From contig CACELG010000005.1 of the NCBI GenBank assembly GCA_902560315.1, positions 2,652 through 66,651 on the forward strand: a stretch of DNA of 64,000 bases, written 5' to 3'. Under the pieces are notes generated by a model. That model had not been told where the DNA came from. It did no database searches and saw only the letters and a program-made list of their open reading frames with translations. Origin of the DNA: an uncultured SAR86 cluster bacterium (lineage in GTDB: Bacteria; Pseudomonadota; Gammaproteobacteria; Magnimaribacterales; D2472). Of this stretch, positions 38,641-48,994 are shown in pieces. Made by a program: the position numbers and the translations under genes. How positions within the stretch are numbered: position 1 is the stretch's first letter; each line of letters opens with the position of its first letter.

Positions 38641-39345
38641 TTATTCAATGCAAGCTTTTTGTTTTTTAATTATTTCAGCAATTGCTGAACTGCCCATTTC
38701 AAGCATATCACTTAGTTCATTTTTTGAAAAAGGAGCATCTTCAGCAGTTCCTTGAATCTCAATCAACTCATCTTTATCGTTCATTACGATATTTAGATCA
38801 GTGTCTGCAGTGCTATCTTCATCATAATTGAGATCTAACAAAATTTTATTATCTTTTATACCCATTGATACAGCGGCAATAAAAGACTTGATCGCTCTTT
38901 GGTCGTCATGATGATTTCTTATAGCTAAGAAAAGCGCTACACAACCACCTGTAATAGAAGCCGTTCGTGTTCCTCCATCTGCTTGAATTACATCACAGTC
39001 GACATTGATGGTTTTACCTTTGAGATATTTCAGATCGACAGCTTGCCTCAAAGATCTTCCAATTAACCTTTGAATTTCTTGAGTTCTACCACTTTGCTTT
39101 CCTCTGGCTGCTTCTCTTCCCATTCTTTCATTGGTAGACCTTGGTAACATTCCATATTCACCAGTAACCCAACCTTCATCAGAGTTTTTCATCCATCTTG
39201 GTACATTGTTTTCAATTGATGCATTGCAAATAACTTTTGTATTACCAAAAGAAATTAATGCTGAACCCTCAGCATGAATATTGATATTAGTTTCGATAGA
39301 GATATCTCTTAGTTGATTGTGATTGCGGTCTTCGTTTCTTCCCAT
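38641..39345 (-). CDS. rph: Ribonuclease PH
   Basis: 234 aa. Contains [25 protein letters not shown] and [16 protein letters not shown] motifs. Confidence 0.95.
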   Translation of the reverse strand: MGRNEDRNHNQLRDISIETNINIHAEGSALISFGNTKVICNASIENNVPRWMKNSDEGWVTGEYGMLPRSTNERMGREAARGKQSGRTQEIQRLIGRSLRQAVDLKYLKGKTINVDCDVIQADGGTRTASITGGCVALFLAIRNHHDDQRAIKSFIAAVSMGIKDNKILLDLNYDEDSTADTDLNIVMNDKDELIEIQGTAEDAPFSKNELSDMLEMGSSAIAEIIKKQKACIE

Positions 39346-39355
39346 TTTAAAATGT

Positions 39356-39799
39356 CTAAGAAAGCTCTTCTTTTACAATTTTACTTACCATTCCCATATC
39401 TGCAGAGCCTGATAAAGATGTCTTGAGCACTCCCATTACTTTTCCAATATCCTGCATTGAACTTGCCCCAGTTCCTTGAATAGCTTCTTGAACTTTTGAT
39501 TTAACCTCTTCTTCGCTTAGTTGTTGTGGCTTATATTTAGATAGTATTTGAACTTCTTGTTCTTCCTTATCAGCCAAATCATCTCTACCACCATCTCTAA
39601 ATTGAGATATAGAATCATTTCTTTGTTTGATCATTTTATTGATGATTTGGAGTGCTTTAGCATCATCAACTTCTTCTTTATTATCTATTTCAAAACGCTG
39701 CACTTCTGACAAAAACATTCTTATGGTATCTCTTACCAAATCATTTTTATCAAGCATGGCTTGCTTAAGGTCGTTTTTTATATCAGATATAAGAGCCAA
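39356..39799 (-). CDS. yqeY: GatB/YqeY domain protein
   Basis: 147 aa with a typical YqeY N-terminus. It lies next to rpsU. Confidence 0.8.
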   Translation of the reverse strand: MALISDIKNDLKQAMLDKNDLVRDTIRMFLSEVQRFEIDNKEEVDDAKALQIINKMIKQRNDSISQFRDGGRDDLADKEEQEVQILSKYKPQQLSEEEVKSKVQEAIQGTGASSMQDIGKVMGVLKTSLSGSADMGMVSKIVKEELS

Positions 39800-39801
39800 A
39801 A

Positions 39802-40017
39802 CTATCTAGATCTTTGTCTTGGGAATGAAAATTTCCTATTGGTTTTTCTAGCTCTTTTAACAGCAGCTGCCATTAAACGTTTTCTTTTTTCAGTTGGTTT
39901 TTCATAAAACTCTCTAGCTCTAATTTCAGGAACTATTGCTGCTTTTTCACAAGCGCGTTTGAATTTTCTCAAACCAATATCAAAATGTTCTGTTTCTTTT
40001 ATAATAATTGAAGGCAT
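39802..40017 (-). CDS. rpsU: 30S ribosomal protein S21
   Basis: 71 aa. Contains [11 protein letters not shown] and [13 protein letters not shown] motifs. Confidence 0.95.
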   Translation of the reverse strand: MPSIIIKETEHFDIGLRKFKRACEKAAIVPEIRAREFYEKPTEKRKRLMAAAVKRARKTNRKFSFPRQRSR

Positions 40018-40066
40018 AATGTGACGCGTAGTTTAGGCTTTTATTAACATTTTTGCAAAACTTTTT

Positions 40067-41071
40067 ATGAAAACTTTAGGAATTGAAACTTCTTGTGATG
40101 AAACCGCTATAGCCATCTATGATTCAAATGATGGAATTATAGGTGAGTCTATCCATAGTCAGATGAAAATGCATGCTGAATATGGAGGAGTAGTCCCTGA
40201 GTTAGCTTCAAGAGATCATTGTCTTAAGATAGTTGATGTTCTTGAAGATGCGTTAGGCAATCATTCAATTGATAGCATTGATAGGATAGCTTATACCTCT
40301 GGTCCAGGCTTGTTAGGAGCTTTATTAATAGGAGAAAGTTTTGCTCAAGGACTATCAACAGCTTTAAATATTCCATTAATCCCTATAAACCATCTTGAAG
40401 GTCATTTAATGTCTCCTATGATGGAGTTTCCAGAAATTAAAATGCCCTTTATATGTTTATTGGTCTCTGGTGGTCACAGCATGATCGTAGACGTAATAGA
40501 TAAGGGTAATTACAAAATTATTGGGCAGTCACAAGATGATGCAGTTGGTGAGGCATTTGATAAAGTGGCAAAGTTACTTGATCTTCCTTATCCAGGAGGA
40601 CCACATATAGAAAAATTAGCTTCAGAGGGAGATCCAAATTCTTACGATTTCCCGAGACCAATGATTCACAGCGATAATCTTGATATGAGCTTGAGTGGTT
40701 TGAAAACTTCAGTCCTATATACAGTGCAAAAAATTAAGAACTTAGATCATAATAAAAAGGCAGATATAGCAGCATCATTTCAGCAAGCAGTTACAGACCT
40801 TTTAGTGGCAAAAATAACAAGAGCTGCTGAAGAGACAAATAGAAAAGAGGTGATTATTGCTGGAGGGGTTGCTGCAAATAAATTTATAAGAAGTGAATTT
40901 AAGAAACTTGAAGGCTTACTTGGTATCAAAGTTTATTACCCTGATTTAAAATATTGCGGTGATAATGCTTCCATGATCGCTTTTGTAGGTTCTATGGTGC
41001 ATGCTGAAAAGAAAGGGAACAATCCTTCACAAGTTAGAGCTAGATGGCCATTAGATGAGTTAAAGAAATGA
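40067..41071 (+). CDS. tsaD: tRNA N6-adenosine threonylcarbamoyltransferase
   Basis: 334 aa. Contains LGIETSCDETA, SGGHS and GGVAAN motifs. It is divergent from rpsU as in many gammaproteobacteria. Confidence 0.93.
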   Translation: MKTLGIETSCDETAIAIYDSNDGIIGESIHSQMKMHAEYGGVVPELASRDHCLKIVDVLEDALGNHSIDSIDRIAYTSGPGLLGALLIGESFAQGLSTALNIPLIPINHLEGHLMSPMMEFPEIKMPFICLLVSGGHSMIVDVIDKGNYKIIGQSQDDAVGEAFDKVAKLLDLPYPGGPHIEKLASEGDPNSYDFPRPMIHSDNLDMSLSGLKTSVLYTVQKIKNLDHNKKADIAASFQQAVTDLLVAKITRAAEETNRKEVIIAGGVAANKFIRSEFKKLEGLLGIKVYYPDLKYCGDNASMIAFVGSMVHAEKKGNNPSQVRARWPLDELKK

Positions 41072-41415
41072 AAGATATTATTTATATTAAAGATTTAAGA
41101 GTTAAAACAATTATTGGGATTTTTGATTGGGAAAGAAAAACCAAGCAAGAAGTAAGCATAGATATGGAATTTCCTTTTGATTGTAAGAAGGCCGCAAAAA
41201 CAGATAACATTGAGGACACTATTGATTACAAAACTATTTGTAAGGCTGTTATAAAGTTTGTTGAAGAATCTTCGTTCCAACTTCAGGAATCTCTGGCAGA
41301 AGGAATTGCATCGCTTGTAAAAGATACTTATGGAGTTGAATCTATTAAATTACGAGTATCGAAGCCTGGCGCGCTTCGAGGCGCAAAAGATGTCGGCCTT
41401 GTAATTCACAGATAA
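41068..41415 (+). CDS. folB: Dihydroneopterin aldolase
   Basis: 115 aa. Contains GIFDWERKTKQ and DTIDY motifs. Confidence 0.85.
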   Translation: MKDIIYIKDLRVKTIIGIFDWERKTKQEVSIDMEFPFDCKKAAKTDNIEDTIDYKTICKAVIKFVEESSFQLQESLAEGIASLVKDTYGVESIKLRVSKPGALRGAKDVGLVIHR

Positions 41416-41792
41416 TGAAATATTTTTTATCCCTAGGAAGCAATATTAATGCTGAGGAGAATTTAGAATTCGCATTTAAAGAACTTAAAAAAATACTTTC
41501 AAATGTTAAATCCTCATCAATCCATCAAACAAAAGCAGAAGGCTTTGAAGGTGATGATTTTTTGAATTCAGTAGTGTGTGGAAATTCTGAATTGGATTTT
41601 AATAATCTTAATAAAAAGCTTAAATTAATTGAGGACAACTCAGGAAGAAATAGAGGTGCTCCAAAGTTTAGCGCTAGAACACTTGATATAGATATAGTTC
41701 TTCAAATCGATGAGAATGATGATATATTATTTGAAAGTGACGAAATTCAAAATTATAGTTTCGTATCTGAGCCTTTAAAAGAATTAATTTAA
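41415..41792 (+). CDS. folK: 2-amino-4-hydroxy-6-hydroxymethyldihydropteridine pyrophosphokinase (compact)
   Basis: 125 aa. Contains LSLGSN, DFLNSVV and RTLDIDIV motifs. It is shorter than typical HPPK. Confidence 0.7.
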   Translation: MKYFLSLGSNINAEENLEFAFKELKKILSNVKSSSIHQTKAEGFEGDDFLNSVVCGNSELDFNNLNKKLKLIEDNSGRNRGAPKFSARTLDIDIVLQIDENDDILFESDEIQNYSFVSEPLKELI

Positions 41793-42397
41793 TGAAAACA
41801 AAAAGATTTGTAAGAAATTTTCATAGGTATTTAAGTATATTTGTTTCAATACAGTTGTTGTTGTGGACAATATCTGGAATTTATTTTGCTTACAACAAAA
41901 TTGAATTAGTAAGAGGTGAGCAATATCGTCTTCCAAAAGATATAGAGTATAGAATTTTTGATAGACTAGGTTCTTCAGTGATTGAAACTATCCAAGACGG
42001 TAAAAAAAGTTATAAAAGCCATCCTGATGGCAGTGCCATAAAACCCCTTACAAAGGAGGAAGCTTTAAAAATAACAGCTCAAAAAACAACCTTAACCCCA
42101 ATTGAAGTAACTCTTGTAAAAGACCTTTATCCTGGAGCTGAATATAGAGGAGACCTACCAGTATACAAGGTTGTAACGGATACCAAAGATAGTATCAATG
42201 TATATGTTGGATATATGACTGGTGACATCGGATCAATAAGATCTGACTCTTGGAGAATATGGGACTTCTTATGGTCCCTTCACATAATGGATTATCGAGA
42301 AAGAGATAATATCAATAATATTTTGCTAAAAATCTTGTCTGTGCTTGCACTTGTTACATCAATTTCTGGCATAACACTTTTCTTCGTTAAAAGATAA
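41792..42397 (+). CDS. PepSY-domain membrane protein
   Basis: 201 aa. It has a PepSY-associated N-terminal TM (FHRYLSIFVSIQLLLWTISGIYF), a central PepSY-like domain and a C-terminal TM. Confidence 0.65.
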   Translation: MKTKRFVRNFHRYLSIFVSIQLLLWTISGIYFAYNKIELVRGEQYRLPKDIEYRIFDRLGSSVIETIQDGKKSYKSHPDGSAIKPLTKEEALKITAQKTTLTPIEVTLVKDLYPGAEYRGDLPVYKVVTDTKDSINVYVGYMTGDIGSIRSDSWRIWDFLWSLHIMDYRERDNINNILLKILSVLALVTSISGITLFFVKR

Positions 42398-42401
42398 CAA
42401 C

Positions 42402-43457
42402 TTATTTAAGAAAATTCTCTTCAATAATTGACCATGCTGCTGATGACAAAGGATAAACCATATTTCCTCTTTCTTCAGCATGCTTTGATGCTGCAGTTCC
42501 GTCTCTTACTCGCCCTAAAATACCTTGTAAAATTCCGGCAATTTTAAACATGTTAAAGGCCATATAGAATTCCCAATTTTTTGAAAGATCTTTGCCTGTA
42601 TTTTTACAGTACATTTCCATGTATTCTTTTTCATTGGGCACTCCAAGATCTTTAAGTTTAGCTTCATCCCAAAAAGCTTCTTGATTTCGCCATGAAAGGC
42701 AATGGTAACTGAAGTCTGCAATGGGGTGTCCTAATGTAGATAGCTCCCAATCAAGGATTCCTATGACCTGGTTATTTTTCAATATCATATTATCTAATCT
42801 GTAATCACCATGAACGATAGTAGTTTCATCATCATCTGGTATATTTTTAGGAAGCCATTCAATTAAATTATTCATAGCTTCAATATCATCAGTTTCAGAT
42901 GCTCTATATTGTTTTGACCATCTTGAAACTTGTCTAGCCACATAATTTCCCGGCTTACCATAGTCTTCTAATCCTATTTTTTTGTAATCAACGCTATGGA
43001 GTTTAGCTAAAGTTTTATTTTTATTTTGATATATCTCAGTTCTATCTTTATTGGTCACTGATGGGATCATAGGATCCCAAAAAAGATCTCCATCAAGAAA
43101 ATCCATAACAAAAAATGCTGTGCCAGCAACATCATCATCCTCGCAAAGACCATAAGTTTTTGGAACTGGAACATCAGTTTCATATAACGCAGTTATAACC
43201 TTATATTCTCTATCTACTGCATGCGCAGATGGTAATAGTTTTCCAGGTGGTTTACGTCTTAAAACAAGACTTTTTGTGTCAGTAGTAATTTTATATGTTG
43301 GATTAGACTGACCGCCTTTAAACTGCTCAATAGAGTTAATCTTTCCAGCCCCGGAAACAAATTCATCAATCCATGGCTGCAATTTTGATGCTTCAATTGT
43401 TAGATGTTCAGCAACCTCTTTTGTACCAGAGAACTTTGCATCATCAAGTGGCTCCAT
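42402..43457 (-). CDS. Aminoglycoside-phosphotransferase-fold kinase (ACAD10/11-associated type)
   Basis: 351 aa. Contains GGQSNPTY, the catalytic loop HGDYRLDN and DWELS motifs. Confidence 0.75.
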   Translation of the reverse strand: MEPLDDAKFSGTKEVAEHLTIEASKLQPWIDEFVSGAGKINSIEQFKGGQSNPTYKITTDTKSLVLRRKPPGKLLPSAHAVDREYKVITALYETDVPVPKTYGLCEDDDVAGTAFFVMDFLDGDLFWDPMIPSVTNKDRTEIYQNKNKTLAKLHSVDYKKIGLEDYGKPGNYVARQVSRWSKQYRASETDDIEAMNNLIEWLPKNIPDDDETTIVHGDYRLDNMILKNNQVIGILDWELSTLGHPIADFSYHCLSWRNQEAFWDEAKLKDLGVPNEKEYMEMYCKNTGKDLSKNWEFYMAFNMFKIAGILQGILGRVRDGTAASKHAEERGNMVYPLSSAAWSIIEENFLK

Positions 43458-44182
43458 TATAAAGATCTTCCTCCGTCAACCTTTATTATCTGACCAGTTA
43501 TATATTCAGAATGAGCAAGGAACTTTACAGCTTCTGCAATATCTTGTTCTGAACCCATTCTATTAAGAGGAATAGTTTCAATTACTTTATTTTTTTGATC
43601 TTCAGTCCAAGTTATATCAGGTGGTTCAAGCATTGCTCCAGGTGCAATTGCATTTACTTTTATTTCAGGAGCAAGTTCCCTTGCAAGTCCTTTTGTAATT
43701 GCCTCTAGTCCTGCTTTGGCTGCAGAATATATTGAATAGTTTGGAACCCCTTTAGATAAATTTGTATCAGTTATATTGATGATTGAACCATTAGAAGCTT
43801 TTAATTTATCTTTTAAACCTTGTATTAAAAATAATGGACCTTTTAGGTTACTTCCAATTAATTTCTCCCAATGATCATCTGAAATTTCTTCTATGGGAGT
43901 AGGATAAAAAGTTGAAGCATTATTTACTAAAAGATCAAGGGAAGGGAAGATATCATCAATATCATTTAATATTTTTGTTATGTCCGCTTCTTTGTCTAGA
44001 TCTCCTTGTACAGTTCTCGCCGTATCAGGATTATCTTTATTTATTTTATTAGCAAGTTCGTCAGCATCTTTCTTAGATGAGTTGTAATGAATAATAATAT
44101 TCCAACCTAAATCTTTGAAGGTTAAGGCTATAGCCTTACCAATTCTTTTAGCAGCTCCAGTTATAAATACAGTTTTGTTCAT
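43457..44182 (-). CDS. folM: Pteridine reductase / dihydromonapterin reductase-like SDR
   Basis: 241 aa. Contains [13 protein letters not shown] and Y..AK motifs. The pteridine specificity is inferred from family resemblance only. Confidence 0.6.
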   Translation of the reverse strand: MNKTVFITGAAKRIGKAIALTFKDLGWNIIIHYNSSKKDADELANKINKDNPDTARTVQGDLDKEADITKILNDIDDIFPSLDLLVNNASTFYPTPIEEISDDHWEKLIGSNLKGPLFLIQGLKDKLKASNGSIINITDTNLSKGVPNYSIYSAAKAGLEAITKGLARELAPEIKVNAIAPGAMLEPPDITWTEDQKNKVIETIPLNRMGSEQDIAEAVKFLAHSEYITGQIIKVDGGRSL

Positions 44183-45198
44183 TTATATTTATGAATAATT
44201 TCTTTATATATTTTAATCTTTTCTGCCTCAACTTTCTCATTTGGGGTATCTGAAAGAATAGAGAAGTCAGTATTTTTAATTTCTTTTAGTATTTTTAATA
44301 CAAAATCTTTATTTTCTTTTAGATTTGGCAATGTACATAATTTTGTAATAATTTCTTCATTTCTGATGAAATGAGAATTTTTGATAGTTGATATCAAATC
44401 TTCTTCTTCAGTATTTTTTGTAATTTTAGAAATATTCTTTAGCACCCTAGAAGCATTCATGTGTCCATTTGGAACAGGTAAATTTTTACCTAAAATAAAA
44501 TTATTATTAATTTGAAGTTCAGACCATCTAATTTCTTGATCAGAGTGACTATCACAATTTGGAATTACTAAATTGTTAAAAAATGGATCTAGAAGATTCA
44601 ATAAAATAATTTTTTCAAAATAAAGATTAGGATTTGAACTATTTAAGGCTCTAGATGTCTCAGACCATACTCTGTCAGGAGATAATTTTGCTATTTCTCC
44701 TGAAGTAATAATTTTCTTTATGCTATTAGAAGTTTCATCATCAATGATAAAGTCTTTCAAATGGTTATAAGTATAAAATCTAGCTAATCTGATTGCTCTT
44801 AAAGGATCCTCGTAAAATGCATTAGAAACGCGCCTAAAGATTTTATTATTTAAATCTTCTTGTCCATTAAAAGGGTCAATAATTTCTCCATTTTTATCTT
44901 GTGCTATTGCGTTAATGGTGAAATCTCGTCTAGATAAATCATCTTCAAGACTAACATCTTTACCAAAATAAAAAGTAAATCCATGATAGCCAGTACCAGA
45001 CTTTTTTTCTGTTCTAGCTAGTGCATATTCTTCATTTGTCTCAGGGTGAAGAAATACTGGAAAATCTTTTCCAATGGGTTTATATCCTTCATTAATCATT
45101 TCCTCAGGAGAGGATCCAACGACAACCCAATCATTATCTGATGCATCTACTTTAAGCAAAGAATCTCTTACAGCTCCACCGACCTTATAAATCTTCAT
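44179..45198 (-). CDS. cca: tRNA nucleotidyltransferase (CCA-adding, class II), apparently lacking the HD motif
   Basis: 339 aa. Contains [27 protein letters not shown] and RRDFTINA motifs. There is no His-Asp dipeptide in the C-terminal half. Confidence 0.85.
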   Translation of the reverse strand: MKIYKVGGAVRDSLLKVDASDNDWVVVGSSPEEMINEGYKPIGKDFPVFLHPETNEEYALARTEKKSGTGYHGFTFYFGKDVSLEDDLSRRDFTINAIAQDKNGEIIDPFNGQEDLNNKIFRRVSNAFYEDPLRAIRLARFYTYNHLKDFIIDDETSNSIKKIITSGEIAKLSPDRVWSETSRALNSSNPNLYFEKIILLNLLDPFFNNLVIPNCDSHSDQEIRWSELQINNNFILGKNLPVPNGHMNASRVLKNISKITKNTEEEDLISTIKNSHFIRNEEIITKLCTLPNLKENKDFVLKILKEIKNTDFSILSDTPNEKVEAEKIKIYKEIIHKYK

Positions 45199-46001
45199 TT
45201 TTTCTTTACCTGAAATAATTTTTTATCTTCTAATCTCATAGCAGTAAGTTTTTTACCCCACACACATCCAGTATCTAAACCAATTATATTATCTAATTTT
45301 GTCTTGCCATCAAGAGCAGCCCAATGACCAAAAATTATATATTCGTTAGGCTTTAAGTTTGAAATAGTTTGTTTGAACCATGGAATATGGTTTTTCTGAG
45401 GTTTTAGATCCTTCTTTTTAAGTAAAAGAGAACCTTTTTTATCCAAGTATCTCATTCTTGTGAAGTAGTTAATTATTGTTCTATATCTTTTATAGCCACT
45501 TAAATCTTCTTTCCACTTAGAAGGTTTGTCTCCCCACATATTGCCTAAAATCTTATATGAATCTTTTTTAAAGACTTTTTTAAATTCATCAGAAAGTTGT
45601 TTTGCAGTTTTAAAACTCCAGATATAAGGAATGCCTGCATGCGCTATCCAAAAAGTTTCTTTTGTTTCTTTAATTTTTACTTTTTCAAGAAGAGGTTGTT
45701 TTTTTAGCCATTTATAAATTGCATTTACATTTTTAGCATCAAGAATAGCATTTAAAGACTTATTTCTTTTTTTATATTCAATAAGATATAGCAAATAGAA
45801 GTCGTGATTACCAAGGACGCCTTTAATAGATTTTTTATTTTTTAAGCAAAAATCTAATACCTCTAAAGATTTTGGACCTCTATTAACATAATCGCCAGCA
45901 AATATTAATTTATCTTTGTTAGGATTAAATTTGATCTTTTTACAAAGTAATTGGAGTTCATCGAAACAACCTTGGACATCGCCTATTACATAATGGGACA
46001 T
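45195..46001 (-). CDS. apaH: Bis(5'-nucleosyl)-tetraphosphatase, symmetrical
   Basis: 268 aa. Contains [16 protein letters not shown] and GNHD motifs. Confidence 0.9.
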   Translation of the reverse strand: MSHYVIGDVQGCFDELQLLCKKIKFNPNKDKLIFAGDYVNRGPKSLEVLDFCLKNKKSIKGVLGNHDFYLLYLIEYKKRNKSLNAILDAKNVNAIYKWLKKQPLLEKVKIKETKETFWIAHAGIPYIWSFKTAKQLSDEFKKVFKKDSYKILGNMWGDKPSKWKEDLSGYKRYRTIINYFTRMRYLDKKGSLLLKKKDLKPQKNHIPWFKQTISNLKPNEYIIFGHWAALDGKTKLDNIIGLDTGCVWGKKLTAMRLEDKKLFQVKKK

Positions 46002-46769
46002 TTAAATAGTGTGTTCCTTAGCAATCTTTATAAATTCTTCTACAGGTAAATCCTCTGACCTTGAAGCTGGATTAAGTTCAAGCAAATTCCATGAAATATT
46101 TAAACTTTTTAAATTATTTTTAATATTTTTTCTTTTTGAACTAAATGCTAGGTCTATTATTTTAAATAAGTTATCTTTAATAGAAATATCATAATTTAGA
46201 TTTTTCCTTGGGATAAATCTAATAAAGCTTGAGTTAACCTTTGGTTTAATGTCGAATGCCTCTGGCGGCACATCAAATAGCACTTCTGTTTCAAAGAAGG
46301 CTGCAATTTTTAATGCTAGCTTTCCCCAATTTTTGGTTGAAACTTTTCCATTTACCTTTTGAGCAACTTCTTTTTGAACAAGAAAGTGCATATCCTCAAT
46401 TTTTTCAAAGTCATCAATAAACTTGATCATAATTTGAGTTGAGATGTTATAGGGTAGGTTGCCTACTATTCTTAATTTCGAATCAATATTGGGTAATTCA
46501 AATTTTAGGATATCTTGATTTATAAATTTAAAATTTGCAGGCCCTTTAAATTTATTATTCATTATATCGATATTATCTGAGTCGATATCAATGCAGATAA
46601 TACTTACATGTTCTTTATTAATTTGATTTGTGAGGGCTCCGTGACCAGGCCCAATTTCAATAAAAGTATCGTTTTCTTTTGGAGTAATGACATCAGCCAT
46701 TTCAAACAATATAGCTGGATCTTTTAGGTAATTCTGTGCATATTTTCTTCTGATGTCTCTAGTATTCAT
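46002..46769 (-). CDS. rsmA: 16S rRNA (adenine1518/1519-N6)-dimethyltransferase
   Basis: 255 aa. Contains QNYL, the SAM motif EIGPGHGALT and GNLPYNIST. Confidence 0.92.
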   Translation of the reverse strand: MNTRDIRRKYAQNYLKDPAILFEMADVITPKENDTFIEIGPGHGALTNQINKEHVSIICIDIDSDNIDIMNNKFKGPANFKFINQDILKFELPNIDSKLRIVGNLPYNISTQIMIKFIDDFEKIEDMHFLVQKEVAQKVNGKVSTKNWGKLALKIAAFFETEVLFDVPPEAFDIKPKVNSSFIRFIPRKNLNYDISIKDNLFKIIDLAFSSKRKNIKNNLKSLNISWNLLELNPASRSEDLPVEEFIKIAKEHTI

Positions 46770-47749
46770 TTAATTAACTTTTTCGCTGTTTTTATTGCTA
46801 ATTCTAGTGAAGACGTATTCGACTTATTTGAACCTGCGATATCAAGCGCAACACCATGATCTACAGAAGTCCTGATAATTGGAACCCCTAAGGTAATATT
46901 TATTGAGTCGCCAAAACTAAGAGCTTTTAAGACTGGAAGAACTTGGTCATGATACATACCAAGATATGCATCAGTTTCTTTTAAAACTTTCATAGAAAAA
47001 GCAGTATCTGCAGAAATAGGGTTGGAAACATTTATGTTATTATTTTTTAATATTTTTATAGCAGGTCCAATCTCATTTATTTCTTCTAATCCAATCTTTC
47101 CATTTTCACCAGCATGAGGATTTAAACCAAGAATTTTTATATTAGGATTATTTATATTAAATTTTTGTTTAAGATCTTTGTTAAGAATTTTTACTTTATC
47201 AATGATAAGCTGCTTACTTATCTTTTTATGAACCTCTTTGAGGGGTATATGAGTTGTTGCTAATGCAACTTTTAATTTCTTTGAAGCAAGCATCATTAAG
47301 ACATCATCACTTTTAGTAATCTTTTGAATATATTCTGTATGCCCAGAGAATTTTTTGTTTATTGAAATAACATTTTCTTTACTAAGTGGGCCTGTAACAA
47401 GAGCAGTTTTCTTGTCTTTAATAGTTTCTTTTATCGCATAATTTAAGTTATTTAAGACGTATTCTCCATTTGATTTATATAGTTTACCTGGCGAAGTATT
47501 TCTACATTTTGTTAATTTTATGACCTGTAAGACACTCCTACGATTAGTTTTGCTCTCACATATCGAGTCTATTTCATCAATATTTATTTTTTTACTTAGT
47601 AATTTTGCTCTTTCTAAAAATAGATTTGGATCACCTATTGATACGATTGGTATTTTAAAATTTTCCCAAGATTGAGAACATGCAATTTTAATAATTAAAT
47701 CTGGACCAATACCAGCTGGCTCACCAGGGGAATAAATTACTTTTTTCAA
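46766..47749 (-). CDS. pdxA: 4-hydroxythreonine-4-phosphate dehydrogenase
   Basis: 327 aa. Contains GEPAGIGPD, GLNPHAGE and TSVDHGTA-like (TSVDHGVA) motifs. Confidence 0.9.
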   Translation of the reverse strand: MKKVIYSPGEPAGIGPDLIIKIACSQSWENFKIPIVSIGDPNLFLERAKLLSKKINIDEIDSICESKTNRRSVLQVIKLTKCRNTSPGKLYKSNGEYVLNNLNYAIKETIKDKKTALVTGPLSKENVISINKKFSGHTEYIQKITKSDDVLMMLASKKLKVALATTHIPLKEVHKKISKQLIIDKVKILNKDLKQKFNINNPNIKILGLNPHAGENGKIGLEEINEIGPAIKILKNNNINVSNPISADTAFSMKVLKETDAYLGMYHDQVLPVLKALSFGDSINITLGVPIIRTSVDHGVALDIAGSNKSNTSSLELAIKTAKKLIK

Positions 47750-48987
47750 TCTAAGTCTTTAAACTCAACAAAAGCTTCAGCCCGCATGGTTCTGAGAGTA
47801 TTTTCAAGCTCTTCGTCAAATTTTCTGTTGTATAAGATCCCGTAAGCTCTATCTTCAATAAGTTTATCTGTGAGTTCATAATTTCTTTTATCTAGCACTT
47901 CTAGAAAATGAAAACCAAATTGACTTTCAAATACCTCAGAAATTGTTCCTACTTCTGTAGCAAGCATAGTTTCTTCAAAGGTTGGAGCAAAAACGCCTAA
48001 TCCAACCCATCCTAAATCTCCACCTTGTTTTGCAGACCCAGGGTCTTGTGAGAATTCGTTAGCAAGCAAAGCAAAATCTTCTCCTTCCATCACTCTTTGT
48101 CGAATTTCAATTAGTTCTTTTTCAGTTTCTTCTGAAGTTCTTATCGCAGAAGGCATGAGAAGGATATGTCTTGAAAGCCATTGACTCTCATATTTAACAA
48201 AATCTCCTCTTTTATCTTCAATTTTTAAGATATGAAAACCAGAACCGCTCTCTAAGGGATCAGATATAAATCCTACTGGTTTTTTAGAAAGTGCCATTTC
48301 AAATAGCTCAGGCATATCCGCAGCTTGTCTCCATGACATAAGTCCACCACTAGTAGCATTAGAGCTTAGTGAATTTTCTTTTGCTAACTCAGAGAAATCA
48401 GAACCATCTTTAATTAAATTTATTATTTTTTCTGCAGTGCTAAGGTCTTTTACCAATATTTGCCTTACTGATAGTTCAGGCTCAAGAACATCTAAACTTT
48501 CATTAGTGGCTAAAAAAGCTTCAAACTCTTTTTCGGTGATTTCAATGTTTTGATTAACTCTACCTCTTTGTATTCTTTGAACACGCATTTCTTTTCGCAT
48601 CTGCTCACGGACTTCTTCATATGAATCTCCGTTATCTTCAATATAACTAATAAACTCTTCTAGGGACATTTGATTGTTAGATGCCAATCTAGTTATTGTT
48701 GTATTTAATTCGGCATCACTAATTTTAACTCCAAGCCTATCAGCTAGTTGCAGTTGGAGTTCTTCTATAATAAGTCTTTCATTTACTTGATCAATAAGAA
48801 TCTCACGAGGCGGAACTTGCATATTTTGACTTTGATATCCTTCCTCAAGACTTTCAATAGCTTTTTTGACTTGAGATTCCATAACCACACCATCATCAAC
48901 TATGATCGCGATTCTATCTAATACCTCAATTTTTGCAGTCAAATATGAAGGCGCTAAAAGTAAAATAGATATTAAAAATTTATTCAT
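47746..48987 (-). CDS. surA: Periplasmic chaperone / PPIase SurA
   Basis: 413 aa with a signal peptide, a SurA N-domain and parvulin-like domains (GFHILK, GFHFLE). Confidence 0.88.
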   Translation of the reverse strand: MNKFLISILLLAPSYLTAKIEVLDRIAIIVDDGVVMESQVKKAIESLEEGYQSQNMQVPPREILIDQVNERLIIEELQLQLADRLGVKISDAELNTTITRLASNNQMSLEEFISYIEDNGDSYEEVREQMRKEMRVQRIQRGRVNQNIEITEKEFEAFLATNESLDVLEPELSVRQILVKDLSTAEKIINLIKDGSDFSELAKENSLSSNATSGGLMSWRQAADMPELFEMALSKKPVGFISDPLESGSGFHILKIEDKRGDFVKYESQWLSRHILLMPSAIRTSEETEKELIEIRQRVMEGEDFALLANEFSQDPGSAKQGGDLGWVGLGVFAPTFEETMLATEVGTISEVFESQFGFHFLEVLDKRNYELTDKLIEDRAYGILYNRKFDEELENTLRTMRAEAFVEFKDLD

Positions 48988-48994
48988 AAATATA

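Noticed and set aside
41415-41792. folK (125 aa) as a truncated pseudogene.
   Set aside because: The conserved N-terminal, central (DFLN) and RTLDIDIV motifs are all present in order, and the gene is tightly coupled to its neighbours. It looks compact rather than broken.
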